Assembly (NCBI GenBank): GCA_021734905.1
Contig: JAIPIB010000001.1
Span: 136,821-200,820 of the forward strand
Reading direction: 5' to 3'
From: Minisyncoccota bacterium
GTDB taxonomy: Bacteria; Patescibacteriota; Minisyncoccia; Phycocordibacterales; UBA918
Length of the DNA: 64,000 nucleotides
In this document: positions 9,824-19,772 of the stretch, piece after piece
Layout: the number at the start of each line of letters is the position of its first letter
Numbering within the stretch: position 1 is the stretch's first letter
The notes under the pieces: model-generated
What the model was told of the DNA's origin: nothing
What the model saw: only the letters and a program-made list of their open reading frames with translations
Database searches by the model: none
Made by a program: the position numbers and the translations under genes

Positions 9824-10867
9824 ATGAGTACAAGGAAAATTCGCGTAGCGATAAATGGGTTTGGCCGCATCGGGAGAACATTTTTTCGTATGGCCTATGG
9901 GCATCCTGATATTGAAGTTGTCGCAATAAATGATCTTGGTGACATAAAAAATCTTGCGTATCTGCTTACGTACGATACTTCATACGGAAGAAGTCAGTTC
10001 ACTGTTGATTCGGGTGAGCAGGTACTTGTTGTGGACGGGAAAGAAATTACTTGTACAAGTGAACGAGATCCGCTCCGTCTTCCGTGGAAGGCTCAAAATA
10101 TTGATATCGTTGTTGAATCGACTGGAGTGTTTACTTCATACGAAAAAGCAAAAGTTCATCTTGAGGCTGGAGCAAAACGTGTCGTCATTTCTGCGCCAGT
10201 GAAGGATGATCCCGGAGTCGCTGGAGTTAAAGGGAGTACTATCCTCATGGGTGTAAATGACGATGCTCTTTCAACATGCGACATTAGCTCAAATGCTTCA
10301 TGTACAACAAATGCAACGAGTCCGCTCGTTGCAATCCTTGATGCTGAGATTGGTATAGAAAAAGCAATCCTTAACACGATTCATGCATACACCGCATCTC
10401 AATCACTCGTTGATGGACCAAGCAAAAAAGATGTACGCGAAGGAAGAGCAGCGGCACAAAATATTGTTCCATCATCAACAGGTGCGGCTATAGCAACAAC
10501 ACTTGTTCATACCGACCTTAAAGATAAGTTTGACGGAATTTCTATTCGTGTTCCAGTTCCTGTAGGCTCATTACTTGATATAACATTCATAGCAAAACGT
10601 AATACTACGGTAGAGGAAGTAAATGCTGCCCTTGAAAAAGCAGCAGAAGGTGACGCATGGAAAAATCTTTTTGCAGTTACTAAAGAACCGCTGGTATCTT
10701 CAGATATTATTGGTGCGCAATTTGCCTCAATAGCTGATCTTTCATTCACCAGAGTCGTTGGAGGAAATCTCGTGAAAGTACTAGCTTGGTATGATAATGA
10801 AACAAGCTATACGAGTACACTTGTTGAGCATGTTCGTGCTGCAGGAGCATTACTCACAAAACAATAA
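9824..10867 (+). CDS. gap: Glyceraldehyde-3-phosphate dehydrogenase.
   Basis: N-terminal 'KIRVAINGFGRIGR' Rossmann motif. Active-site 'SNASCTTNATSPL'. Confidence 0.9.
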   Translation: MSTRKIRVAINGFGRIGRTFFRMAYGHPDIEVVAINDLGDIKNLAYLLTYDTSYGRSQFTVDSGEQVLVVDGKEITCTSERDPLRLPWKAQNIDIVVESTGVFTSYEKAKVHLEAGAKRVVISAPVKDDPGVAGVKGSTILMGVNDDALSTCDISSNASCTTNATSPLVAILDAEIGIEKAILNTIHAYTASQSLVDGPSKKDVREGRAAAQNIVPSSTGAAIATTLVHTDLKDKFDGISIRVPVPVGSLLDITFIAKRNTTVEEVNAALEKAAEGDAWKNLFAVTKEPLVSSDIIGAQFASIADLSFTRVVGGNLVKVLAWYDNETSYTSTLVEHVRAAGALLTKQ

Positions 10868-10875
10868 TTATTTGT

Positions 10876-11319
10876 ATGACCATTTATTTTGCTACCGATC
10901 ATGCAGGATTTGAATTAAAAGAAAAACTTATTACCTATGTACGTGATGAGCTCGGGTATGATGTTGTTGACTGTGGCGCGCAAGAGTTTGTTGACGGTGA
11001 TGACTATCCAGAATATATACGTCTAGCAGGGGAAGCTGTATCTAAGAGTCCGCATGATTCAAAAGCAATTATTTTTGGAGGATCTGGACAAGGAGAGGCA
11101 ATTGTTGCGAACAGATTTCCATACATACGGGCAATTGTTTATTACGGAGGAAATGATGAAATCATTCGGCTCTCCCGCGAACATAATGATTCTAACGTGC
11201 TGTCCTTAGGCGCTCGTTTCCTTACGGCTTCAGACGCAGAAAAAGCTGTCGCACTGTGGCTTTCAACACCGTTCCGCGAAGAGGAACGACACGTTCGAAG
11301 AATCGGACTTATTGATTAA
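10876..11319 (+). CDS. rpiB: Ribose-5-phosphate isomerase B (RpiB/LacAB family).
   Basis: 'IYFATDHAGFELKEKL...CGAQ...GGSGQGEAIVANRFPYIRA' is typical of RpiB. Confidence 0.8.
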   Translation: MTIYFATDHAGFELKEKLITYVRDELGYDVVDCGAQEFVDGDDYPEYIRLAGEAVSKSPHDSKAIIFGGSGQGEAIVANRFPYIRAIVYYGGNDEIIRLSREHNDSNVLSLGARFLTASDAEKAVALWLSTPFREEERHVRRIGLID

Positions 11320-11331
11320 AATAGAAGTATT

Positions 11332-11979
11332 ATGGCGCAAATTATTCCTGCAATTATCCCGAAGTCACAAGAAAATTTAATACAAATACTTTCTCTCGTT
11401 TCATCATTCACGCATAGTGTCCAGGTAGATATCGTTGATGGTGAATTTGTGCCTTTTGTATCATGGCCATATACAGAAAATGCGTCTCTTTCAGAATTGG
11501 CTTTAGTCATTAAAGATTTTGATGTTGAGATCGACTTCATGATTCTTGGTCCCGAGCTTGTTGTTGAGGAATATCTCAAGGCCGGTGTTACAAGTATTGT
11601 TGTACATCTCGAGAGTACTAAAAATCTCGATAAAATTCTTGCACTCAAAGAAAAATATTCCTTCAAACTTGGACTTTCAATTGGTAACGACACAAATCTT
11701 TCGATTCTTACCGAGGCTATTGAGGTCGCTGATTATGTACAGTTAATGGGAATCCAACATATTGGATCACAAGGGCAACCGTTTGATATCCGTGTGCTCG
11801 ATCGTATTAGGGAATTGAAGTCAAGGTATCCAACACTTCCGATTAGTATTGATGGTAGTGTTAATATGGAGACGGCCTCACTTCTCGTTCAGGCAGGTGC
11901 AGATCGTCTCGTCTCTGGATCTGCTGTCCTTAAGGCTGAAGATCCTCAGATAGCTTATAAATTACTTAAATCACTGTAG
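11332..11979 (+). CDS. rpe: Ribulose-phosphate 3-epimerase-like TIM-barrel protein.
   Basis: 'VQVDIVDGEFVPF' resembles the Rpe motif 'HxDxMDGxFVPN'. 'ISIDGSVN' and 'AGADRLVSGSAV' match the Rpe C-terminal motifs. Confidence 0.6.
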   Translation: MAQIIPAIIPKSQENLIQILSLVSSFTHSVQVDIVDGEFVPFVSWPYTENASLSELALVIKDFDVEIDFMILGPELVVEEYLKAGVTSIVVHLESTKNLDKILALKEKYSFKLGLSIGNDTNLSILTEAIEVADYVQLMGIQHIGSQGQPFDIRVLDRIRELKSRYPTLPISIDGSVNMETASLLVQAGADRLVSGSAVLKAEDPQIAYKLLKSL

Positions 11980-12051
11980 CTTGTTGTGTGTGTCTTCTAT
12001 TAACATGCAAACGATATGATGGAGTAACAGAAAGCGGTATACTATTTTAAT

Positions 12052-12948
12052 ATGCATTATCTTACAGATGAAGATGTTCGTTCATTAGAACTCAAGGCGA
12101 ATGAAATACGTCAAAGCGTGATTGAAATGCTTGTTGAGGCTGGAAGCGGACACACAGCTGGGCCACTGGGAATGGCAGACATCTTTACACTCTTGTATTT
12201 TGAGATTTTGAGGCACAATCCCAAAGATCCTTTTTGGGAAGATCGAGACAGACTCATACTTTCGAATGGACATATTTGCCCAATACTTTATGCCGTAATG
12301 GCCCATTCAGGATATTTTCCCGTTTCTGAACTTTTAACACTTCGTAAATTTGGATCAAGGCTTCAGGGGCATCCCCATAAAGAAACGTTGCCTGGAATTG
12401 AAACAAGTTCGGGACCTTTAGGTTCCGGAGTTTCTCAGGCTGTAGGCATGGCACTTGCTGAGCGTATTAATAATCCGTATTCATCAAAATATTTTTACTG
12501 CCTTACTGGCGATGGGGAACTTGATTGTGGACAAATTTGGGAAGCAATGATGCTCGGAGGAAAGGAGAAGCTTCATAATCTTATTGTTATTGTTGATCGA
12601 AATGGTATTCAAATTGATGGATATACAAAAGATGTCATGCCACTCGAGCCACTTCGAGAAAAATTTGAGTCATTTAATTGGGACGTTCAGGAAGTCGACG
12701 GTCATAATATTCGATCAATTAACGATGCGATTGGAAAGGCACAAGCCGTATACAGTCAACCGTCAATTATTATTGCACATACAATTCCTTCAAAAGGAAT
12801 TGATGTTTTTGAACGAGATTTTAGATGGCATGGTAATCCTCCGGGCCTTGGTCCAGAAGACTTTGTGAAGAAGTCAGAACAAGCGGCGGTCGCACTTAAG
12901 AAATTACGTACTCTCAATGGATATATCAACACACATGAATATGAGTAA
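12052..12948 (+). CDS. tktA: Transketolase, N-terminal (TPP-binding) subunit of a split transketolase.
   Basis: 'GSGHTAGPLGMADIFTLLYF...DRDRLILSNGHICPILYAV...GPLGSGVSQAVGMALA' are transketolase N-terminal motifs. Confidence 0.85.
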   Translation: MHYLTDEDVRSLELKANEIRQSVIEMLVEAGSGHTAGPLGMADIFTLLYFEILRHNPKDPFWEDRDRLILSNGHICPILYAVMAHSGYFPVSELLTLRKFGSRLQGHPHKETLPGIETSSGPLGSGVSQAVGMALAERINNPYSSKYFYCLTGDGELDCGQIWEAMMLGGKEKLHNLIVIVDRNGIQIDGYTKDVMPLEPLREKFESFNWDVQEVDGHNIRSINDAIGKAQAVYSQPSIIIAHTIPSKGIDVFERDFRWHGNPPGLGPEDFVKKSEQAAVALKKLRTLNGYINTHEYE

Positions 12949-13939
12949 TACCCTATTAGCACAGCACGTGAACCCAAATCTGTTTAACAGTGATGTTGAG
13001 ACTGCGCCAAACAGAAATGGATACGGCAATGGTTTAAAAGAGGCAGGAGAACTTGATGAAAGAGTGGTCGCTCTTTCTGCTGATCTTGTTGGATCAACAA
13101 AAACAAATATTTTTGCCGAAGCGTTTCCTCAGAGATTTATTCAGGTTGGTATAGGCGAACAGTCTCTCGCATCTGTTGCATCGGGTATGGCCGCTATGGG
13201 GAAGATTCCTTTCATTGCATCATATGCAATGTTTTCTCCGGGAAGAAGTTGGGAGCAGGTCCGTACTACAATTGCGTATAATGGATCGAATGTAAAAATC
13301 ATTGGTGCTCACTCGGGCATATCTGTTGGTCCGGATGGGGCTACTCATCAGGCTATTGAGGATATTGCAATTATGCGCGTCATTCCACGTATGGTTGTTA
13401 TTGCACCTTGCGACGTGCATGAGGCAGAACGCGCTACACTAGCAATCGCGAAGTATGTCGGTCCGGTTTACATGCGGCTTGCTCGTGAAAATACGCCTGT
13501 AATTACAACTATCGGTTCTCCATTTGAAATAGGAAAAGCAGATATTTATCTTACTCGAGATAAGGCTCACAAAAAAACCGTAGGTATTATTAGTACAGGA
13601 ACAGTCACATATCAGGCTCTTGTTGCTGGACGGACTCTTAACGAGAAGGGAATTGGTGCCTCAGTAATGCATATGGCAACAATTAAACCACTTGATAAAG
13701 CTGCTGTCCTTGCTTTTGCTCAAGAACATGATGTCATAGTTACTGTCGAAGAACATCAGCGAATGGGAGGGCTCGGATCCTCTGTCTCTGAATATTTAAG
13801 CGAGGTGTTTCCAAAGAAAATACTTCGAATGGGAGTCGATGATGTCTTTGGACAGTCAGGAACACCGGAAGAACTTCTAGCTCATTATAAAATTGACAAC
13901 GCTTCAATTGTAGAGGGTGCTCAAAAATTTCTTCAGTAA
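12917..13939 (+). CDS. tktB: Transketolase, C-terminal (pyrimidine-binding) subunit. It overlaps the N-terminal subunit gene by 32 nt.
   Basis: 'FPQRFIQVGIGEQSLASVASGMAAMGKIPFIASYAMF...GPDGATHQAIEDIAIMRVIP'. Confidence 0.85.
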   Translation: MDISTHMNMSNTLLAQHVNPNLFNSDVETAPNRNGYGNGLKEAGELDERVVALSADLVGSTKTNIFAEAFPQRFIQVGIGEQSLASVASGMAAMGKIPFIASYAMFSPGRSWEQVRTTIAYNGSNVKIIGAHSGISVGPDGATHQAIEDIAIMRVIPRMVVIAPCDVHEAERATLAIAKYVGPVYMRLARENTPVITTIGSPFEIGKADIYLTRDKAHKKTVGIISTGTVTYQALVAGRTLNEKGIGASVMHMATIKPLDKAAVLAFAQEHDVIVTVEEHQRMGGLGSSVSEYLSEVFPKKILRMGVDDVFGQSGTPEELLAHYKIDNASIVEGAQKFLQ

Positions 13940-13945
13940 TTTCTT

Positions 13946-13996
13946 CTGAATACAAAAAAACTATCAGATTATATCCGATAGTTTTTTTGTATTCAG
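13946..13996. terminator. Bidirectional intrinsic terminator between convergent tktB (+) and the pfkB-family kinase (-).
   Basis: Perfect 20-bp inverted repeat 'ctgaatacaaaaaaactatc ... gatagtttttttgtattcag' with A and T runs in both orientations. Confidence 0.7.
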
Positions 13997-14012
13997 TAAC
14001 TAAAGTAACTTT

Positions 14013-15014
14013 CTATACCGCTTTAGGAACATAATTTTCCGGAGCATCCTTAAGATACTCTTCAATTTTTTCTCGTGTTAGGAGCCCTGCTTGAGCGCCA
14101 ATTTGTTGAACGACAGACATTGAATTTATTGGACCCCACGCAAGCGCAGTTTTTACATCATGGCCGAGTATTATGGCGCTGGTAAATGTTGAAGAGAAAG
14201 CGTCACCGGCTCCAGTCCTTGAAATTGGCTCTTTCGGATCTGGATACATTGGCATAAACCATACCGTATCCCCATCAAGAGCAAAGGCGCCATTAGGTCC
14301 ATCGGTAATGACAGGAATTTTTGGTCCAAGCAAACGGATACTTCTTAGGAGTTTCGGAATGTCTTGTTCTTCGGTATTTAAGATTTCTTGAGCTTCCTCC
14401 TTGTTACAGAAAAAGATTTCCGTAACAGCGTATAGGTCTTTAAGTTCCTCATACCCAAGTCGAATTTGGAATGTTCCTGGCTGGAATGAAAGTTTTGTTT
14501 CAGGATGCTCAGAGAGGAATTTTGCAATTTCATGATGAAATGCAACCCCGTTTTCTCCAATAGATGAGAAGTATAAGAAACGAGGAGGAAGTCTAAAATC
14601 AGGTAAAGAATATGGATATTCTTCATGTTTGATGAGGATGGTTCTCTCCGCCCCGTATCGTAGTACGTAGTGATAATTTGTATTTTTACCCTCATGAATC
14701 TTAACAAAATCGGTATCAATACCATTTGACCTTAGTGTGTCGAGGCAGTCTTTTCCGTTACGATCATTTCCAAGATTCGCAACGAGAGCAGAACGAAGAC
14801 CAAGTCTGTGTGCTGACACTGCTGCGTTTGGTGAATTTCCCACAGCGTTTACGATGGTAACTTCATCATAGGGAAGCTTGCCGCCAAAGTCCATTTCAAG
14901 TTTTTTTCGACCAGTCTTTTCATTAGTGGTAACACGAGCGTCTTTGTCAGAAAGTTTTATAAAAGCGTCGATGGTGATATCTCCTATTGCTATGAAATCA
15001 TATTGTTGTGACAT
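14013..15014 (-). CDS. PfkB-family carbohydrate kinase (ribokinase/fructokinase-like).
   Basis: 'DFIAIGDITID' N-terminal motif and 'TGAGDAFSSTF' anion-hole motif. Start taken at the internal 'MSQQYD' Met; the open frame extends to 15056. Confidence 0.75.
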   Translation of the reverse strand: MSQQYDFIAIGDITIDAFIKLSDKDARVTTNEKTGRKKLEMDFGGKLPYDEVTIVNAVGNSPNAAVSAHRLGLRSALVANLGNDRNGKDCLDTLRSNGIDTDFVKIHEGKNTNYHYVLRYGAERTILIKHEEYPYSLPDFRLPPRFLYFSSIGENGVAFHHEIAKFLSEHPETKLSFQPGTFQIRLGYEELKDLYAVTEIFFCNKEEAQEILNTEEQDIPKLLRSIRLLGPKIPVITDGPNGAFALDGDTVWFMPMYPDPKEPISRTGAGDAFSSTFTSAIILGHDVKTALAWGPINSMSVVQQIGAQAGLLTREKIEEYLKDAPENYVPKAV

Positions 15015-15100
15015 ATGTAGGATATTGTACCACCTCATCGTATGGTCATGATACAATAGTGTGATTATTTAGTAGTATTTTTCTAATCAATTCTTAGATT

Positions 15101-16072
15101 ATGGCACTTGTATACATAACACGACACATTCCAGACATTGGTATTAATCTCTTACGAGCAGCAGGTCACACCGTAGACATAAGTGAGAAGGAGGGGGTAC
15201 TTACTGAAAAGGAGCTCCTCTCTGCATTAGCAGCGAAGCCTTACGATGCAGTTGTTTCACTTCTTACTGATTCTATTAATAAAGATGTATTTGCCGCTGT
15301 ACCGACAGCAAAGATTTTTGCAAATTATGCAGTTGGGTATAACAACATCTCACTTCCTGATGCTACTGAAGCGGGTGTAACCATAACCAATACACCAGGC
15401 GTTCTTACTGACACCGTTGCAGAATTTGCAATGGCACTCATACTTTCTGTGGCTAAGAGAATTCCAGAGGCGGACAGGTTTACTCGTGCAGGGAAGTACG
15501 ATGGATGGGCTCCAGAACTTTTCCTAGGCAGTGACCTTAAAGGAAAAACCCTTGGTATTTTGGGAGCTGGCAGAATCGGTTATGAAGTTGCAATGCGTGC
15601 ACATCATGGTTTTGGAATGCATGTCATTTATAATGATATTAAACGCGGTGAAGAATTAGAAAAACAGACAAAAGCGACATTTAAAGAAACAACTGAGGAT
15701 GTCCTGCGAGAGGCTGACGTTGTCTCAATCCATGTCCCACTTCTACCAAGTACGAAGCACCTTATAAATGCTGAAAGATTATCTCTCATGAAAAAAAATG
15801 CATATCTTATCAACACCTCACGAGGCCCTGTCATTGATGAGGTCGCACTCGTCGATGCTCTTAAAAATGGTGTGATTCGTGGAGCTGGACTTGATGTTTT
15901 TGAAAATGAACCAGCACTTGCAAAAGGATTGGCATCTCTCGAAAATGTTGTAATTACAGCACATATTGCCTCAGCATCTGAGGAAACGCGAAATAAAATG
16001 TCAGAGATTGCAGCGCAAAATGTTATTGATTTTTTGAACGGCGAGACACCAGAAAACGCTGTAAAGCAATAA
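15101..16072 (+). CDS. D-isomer-specific 2-hydroxyacid dehydrogenase (glyoxylate/hydroxypyruvate reductase-like).
   Basis: NAD-binding 'GILGAGRIGYEVAMRA'. The catalytic region 'TSRGPVIDEVALVDALKNGVIRGAGLDVFENEP' is typical of the family. Confidence 0.8.
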   Translation: MALVYITRHIPDIGINLLRAAGHTVDISEKEGVLTEKELLSALAAKPYDAVVSLLTDSINKDVFAAVPTAKIFANYAVGYNNISLPDATEAGVTITNTPGVLTDTVAEFAMALILSVAKRIPEADRFTRAGKYDGWAPELFLGSDLKGKTLGILGAGRIGYEVAMRAHHGFGMHVIYNDIKRGEELEKQTKATFKETTEDVLREADVVSIHVPLLPSTKHLINAERLSLMKKNAYLINTSRGPVIDEVALVDALKNGVIRGAGLDVFENEPALAKGLASLENVVITAHIASASEETRNKMSEIAAQNVIDFLNGETPENAVKQ

Positions 16073-16141
16073 AGCAAATGAGTTGCGAGTTGAAGATTTC
16101 CTATCGTATGGTATGGTAGTCGTCATTAAACTATATTACGT

Positions 16142-16783
16142 ATGACATTTTCATTAAACGTTGAGACAAGAACGGAACGCGGTAAACAACTTGGAAAGCT
16201 GCGTAATGCGGGGAGACTTCCTGCAGTTATGTACGGTCCGAAAGAAGATACTGTGTTACTGACAGTAGACAAGATTGCATTTGAGAAACTTGTAAAAAAG
16301 ACAGGTGAGTCAAGTGTCATTACCTTAGAAGGACTCTCTTCTCCAAAAGAAGTACTTGTTCGAGGTGTTGCATTCGACCCATTACGTGGAGGGGTTATTC
16401 ATGTTGACTTTTATGCTATTGAAGCAGGTCAGGAAATTACCGTTGATATCCCACTCGAATTCGTCGGGGAAGTTCCAGCAGTTAAACTTGGAGGAACTCT
16501 CACGAAAGTACTTCATGAGGTTGAGGTTACTTGCATGCCAATTAATCTCCCACAACGTATCACAGTTGATGTTACAGTACTCACTGATTTTGAAAAACAA
16601 ATTCATGTCAAAGATCTCCTTGTGCCAGCAAATGTAAAGATTGAAAATGATCCAGAAGAGGTTGTTGCGCTTGTGCAGGCGGTTGAGGAGGAGAGTGAAG
16701 AGCCTACTGTTGTTGATATGGATGCCATTGAGGTGGAAAAGAAGGGTAAGACAGAGGAAGCATCTACAGGCGAATCAAAGTAG
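16142..16783 (+). CDS. rplY: 50S ribosomal protein L25 / general stress protein Ctc.
   Basis: 'ETRTERGKQLGKLRNAGRLPAVMYGPKED' matches the L25 N-terminus. The C-terminal tail is acidic. Confidence 0.8.
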   Translation: MTFSLNVETRTERGKQLGKLRNAGRLPAVMYGPKEDTVLLTVDKIAFEKLVKKTGESSVITLEGLSSPKEVLVRGVAFDPLRGGVIHVDFYAIEAGQEITVDIPLEFVGEVPAVKLGGTLTKVLHEVEVTCMPINLPQRITVDVTVLTDFEKQIHVKDLLVPANVKIENDPEEVVALVQAVEEESEEPTVVDMDAIEVEKKGKTEEASTGESK

Positions 16784-16793
16784 TTAGTATCGT

Positions 16794-16831
16794 ACACAAA
16801 AAAAACAGCTTCAGGCTGTTTTTTTGTGTAC
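16794..16831 (+). terminator. Intrinsic terminator after rplY.
   Basis: 'acacaaaaaaaacagcttcaggctgtttttttgtgt' is a hairpin followed by a T-run. Confidence 0.7.
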
Positions 16832-16867
16832 GTGTACTGATAGATTCAGTATGGTACGATTGTATAC

Positions 16868-18235
16868 ATGCGGATACCGTTTGTTGTTTTATGCTTAATG
16901 GTCTTGGGAGTTTTTTCTGTACCCCATAGTGCAAACGCGCAAGCCTCTATTCCATCGATCTGTAATGACGATGTTGCTGGAAAAACAGAAGATCAACTGA
17001 AAGCTGATCTTGCTCTCTGCAATGCTGAAATTGCAAAATGGCAAGGTGTTTTAAGTGGTACGAGGGATAGGGTCTCATCGATTGATGGTGATGTTAAAGC
17101 ACTTACTGCTAAAATAAAATCTGCAGAGGCAACTATAAAATCAAAAAATATTGCAATCTCACAGTTATCAAAAGATATCAGCCAAAGAAGTCAAAAGATC
17201 TCAGAACTTGAGGTACTTATTGATGAGGGAAAGAAGTCACTCGCTCAACTAATTCGACGCACGAACGAAATAGATAGTTACACACTTGCAGAGGTTGTTC
17301 TCGATAGTAAAAATCTATCAGATTTTTTTGTTGACCTTGATTCTTTTTTCTCTATTCAGCGAGGACTTGAAGCTCATTTTGCAAAAATTCGAAAAATGAT
17401 TTTAGAAACGGATGATGAGCGTCGTCGATTAAGCGATGTCCAGAATCAGGAGTTGGATGCTAAATATGTTATAGAAACAAATAAAAAAACTATTACCAAG
17501 ACTGAACAACAGAAAAAGGAGCTTCTCACAGCTACAAAATTAGAGGCGAAATCATACGAGCAAATAGTTGCTGACAGACAGGCAAAAGCTAGTCAGATCA
17601 ATGCAGCACTTTTCCGTTTGAGAGGTGTTGATGGTGGAGGAATCCCATTTAAGGAAGCTTTGCTGTATGCACGAATTGCCTCTTCATATACTGGTGTGAG
17701 GGCGGCATTTATTCTCGGAATCCTGCGGCAAGAATCAAACCTTGGTGTAAATGTCGGACAATGTCTTCTTGTTGATCCAAACACAGGTGCAGGGAAAGGA
17801 AAAAATACCGGAACGCCGTTTGCAAATGTTATGAAGCCTGAACGCGATGTTCCGTATTTTCTCGAGATGATGAAGCGGTTAGGTAGAGATCCGTATGGAA
17901 CCCCGGTGTCGTGTCCGCAGTCGATTGGATATGGAGGAGCTATGGGCCCAACACAGTTCATTCCATCAACATGGAAAGGGTATGATGCGAGAATTGCGAG
18001 TGCGTTTAAGGTGTCCGTGGGTGACCCATGGAATCCAGAGCACGCAATCATGGCAACCGCGATGTTCCTTCAAGATCTTGGTGCTGGACGAGGTGGGTAT
18101 ACTGCGGAGAGAGAATCGGCCGGGCGGTACTATGCAGGAGGAAATTGGGCAACATATGGACTTGGGTATGCGGCAAGCGTTCTTGCTCATGCAGAGACGT
18201 ATCAGGCCGATATTAATTTCCTTGATAATAAGTAG
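16868..18235 (+). CDS. Secreted protein with an N-terminal coiled-coil region and a C-terminal MltB-like lytic transglycosylase domain.
   Basis: Signal peptide 'VVLCLMVLGVFSVPHSANA'. A long heptad-like region follows. The C-terminus 'GGAMGPTQFIPSTW' resembles the MltB/Slt family motif 'GQTQFMPST'. Confidence 0.6.
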   Translation: MRIPFVVLCLMVLGVFSVPHSANAQASIPSICNDDVAGKTEDQLKADLALCNAEIAKWQGVLSGTRDRVSSIDGDVKALTAKIKSAEATIKSKNIAISQLSKDISQRSQKISELEVLIDEGKKSLAQLIRRTNEIDSYTLAEVVLDSKNLSDFFVDLDSFFSIQRGLEAHFAKIRKMILETDDERRRLSDVQNQELDAKYVIETNKKTITKTEQQKKELLTATKLEAKSYEQIVADRQAKASQINAALFRLRGVDGGGIPFKEALLYARIASSYTGVRAAFILGILRQESNLGVNVGQCLLVDPNTGAGKGKNTGTPFANVMKPERDVPYFLEMMKRLGRDPYGTPVSCPQSIGYGGAMGPTQFIPSTWKGYDARIASAFKVSVGDPWNPEHAIMATAMFLQDLGAGRGGYTAERESAGRYYAGGNWATYGLGYAASVLAHAETYQADINFLDNK

Positions 18236-18285
18236 GCATGCCGTTGTGTTGCGAAATATAGCAATTCTGGTATAGTGTTCCCTGC

Positions 18286-18555
18286 ATGAAAAAAGATATA
18301 CACCCAAACAATTATCGCACTGTCATCTTCCACGATAACTCAAGTGGAGAACGTTTTCTTGTTGGCTCGACAATCCAGGCAGAGAAGACTGAAAAATGGA
18401 CAGATGGAAAAGAATACCCAATAACATTTGTTGATGTGTCGAGTGCGTCACATCCATTTTATACTGGACAGGAGAAGGTAATGGATATTGCAGGACGTGT
18501 TGAACGATTTAAGGCTCGAGCATCAAAAGCAACATCTCGGACAAAGAAGGCATAA
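18286..18555 (+). CDS. rpmE: 50S ribosomal protein L31.
   Basis: '[13 protein letters not shown]...[21 protein letters not shown]'. Confidence 0.85.
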   Translation: MKKDIHPNNYRTVIFHDNSSGERFLVGSTIQAEKTEKWTDGKEYPITFVDVSSASHPFYTGQEKVMDIAGRVERFKARASKATSRTKKA

Positions 18556-18567
18556 GTACACTATGTG

Positions 18568-18600
18568 GAAAACCGGGGAATTTATTCCCCGGTTTTCTCT
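18568..18600 (+). terminator. Intrinsic terminator after rpmE.
   Basis: 'gaaaaccggggaatttattccccggttttctc'. Confidence 0.7.
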
Positions 18601-18632
18601 TTAGGGAGATATGGTACTCTATAATTTATAGT

Positions 18633-19616
18633 ATGGAATTTACAGAAGAACAGTTGGCGTTATTTAGAGAAAATCAAAAGACACAGTTTCTCTGTGGTCA
18701 GTTTGATGAGCTTATAAAAAAAAGAACAGAGGCGCAGGCACTATTTGAGGCAGACGAATCGATGCGTGAACTAGCCGAAGAGGAAATGAATGATCTTGAT
18801 GGGCAACTAGATCATTTGTATACAGAAATGAGTCGAATTATTGAATCTACTAAAGAGGAGGAAGCAAAACCATACGGGGTCCTTCTCGAGGTAAGGGCAG
18901 GTGTCGGCGGAGAAGAAGCAGCACTTTTTGCAGAACAACTTTCGCATATGTATCTCCAGTATGCAGTGATTCGTGGGTGGAGTACGAGTAATATTTCTGA
19001 ATCACGCGCAACGCAAGGAGGATACAAAGAAGCGACGTTCGAAATTGTTGGACCTGATGTATATGACGAACTCCGGTATGAAACAGGGGTGCATCGTGTA
19101 CAACGTATTCCAGTAACTGAGAAGTCTGGGCGTATACACACCTCGACTGCTTCAGTAGTTATTCTCCCAATACGAAAAAAATCAACAATTGAGGTTAATC
19201 CAAGTGATATTGAAATTGAATTTTCACGTTCGGGTGGTGCAGGTGGACAAAATGTAAACAAAGTTGAAACAGCAGTACGACTTATTCATAAGCCTACCGG
19301 TGTTGATGTGCGATGTCAGTCTGAACGTAGTCAGCTCAAAAATCGTGAAAAAGCAATGGTGCTTCTTATAGCGAAACTTGAAATGCTCCATGATGAAGCG
19401 GAGACAAAAAAACATGCTGCAACACGAAAATCACAAATTGGAACAGGTGACCGTTCAGAAAAAATCCGTACCTACAATGTGCCCCAAAATCGTATTACCG
19501 ACCACCGTATAAAAGAATCATGGCATGCAGTGTTTCAGATACTTGGAGGTGACATGAGTGCAGTAGTTGCCTCGCTCAAACAAGCATCACAGGAACTAGA
19601 TGTTGTTGTCGAGTAA
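18633..19616 (+). CDS. prfA: Peptide chain release factor 1.
   Basis: '[14 protein letters not shown]' GGQ motif. '[17 protein letters not shown]' carries the RF1-type PxT tripeptide (PVT). Confidence 0.85.
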   Translation: MEFTEEQLALFRENQKTQFLCGQFDELIKKRTEAQALFEADESMRELAEEEMNDLDGQLDHLYTEMSRIIESTKEEEAKPYGVLLEVRAGVGGEEAALFAEQLSHMYLQYAVIRGWSTSNISESRATQGGYKEATFEIVGPDVYDELRYETGVHRVQRIPVTEKSGRIHTSTASVVILPIRKKSTIEVNPSDIEIEFSRSGGAGGQNVNKVETAVRLIHKPTGVDVRCQSERSQLKNREKAMVLLIAKLEMLHDEAETKKHAATRKSQIGTGDRSEKIRTYNVPQNRITDHRIKESWHAVFQILGGDMSAVVASLKQASQELDVVVE

Positions 19617-19643
19617 CTAGGAGATGGTTTGGCTGTAAGTCAT

Positions 19644-19690
19644 TTGCCCGCTTTCCGGAACCTTCCCGGAAGCGGGCAATATTTTTATAA
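19644..19690 (+). terminator. Intrinsic terminator after prfA.
   Basis: 'ttgcccgctttccggaaccttcccggaagcgggcaatattttt' is a stem with one bulge and a T-run. Confidence 0.6.
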
Positions 19691-19772
19691 CAGCGAGTAA
19701 TTGTGCCGTTGCAGAAAGGTATTCTGTGTGGTAGCATTCCATGTGCTCAGTAATTGAGCGCATTTTTTAATT

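Noticed and set aside
15628-16077. 149-aa minus-strand ORF overlapping the 2-hydroxyacid dehydrogenase gene.
   Set aside because: It is fully embedded antisense to a gene with clear family motifs. The sequence is low-complexity Ser/Ala-rich.
18633-19616. Evidence for an alternative genetic code (RF1-only organism with UGA recoding).
   Set aside because: TGA is used as a terminator in this window (for example at 8108-8110 and 36507-36509), and genes translate cleanly in the standard code. The absence of RF2 cannot be judged from 64 kb.
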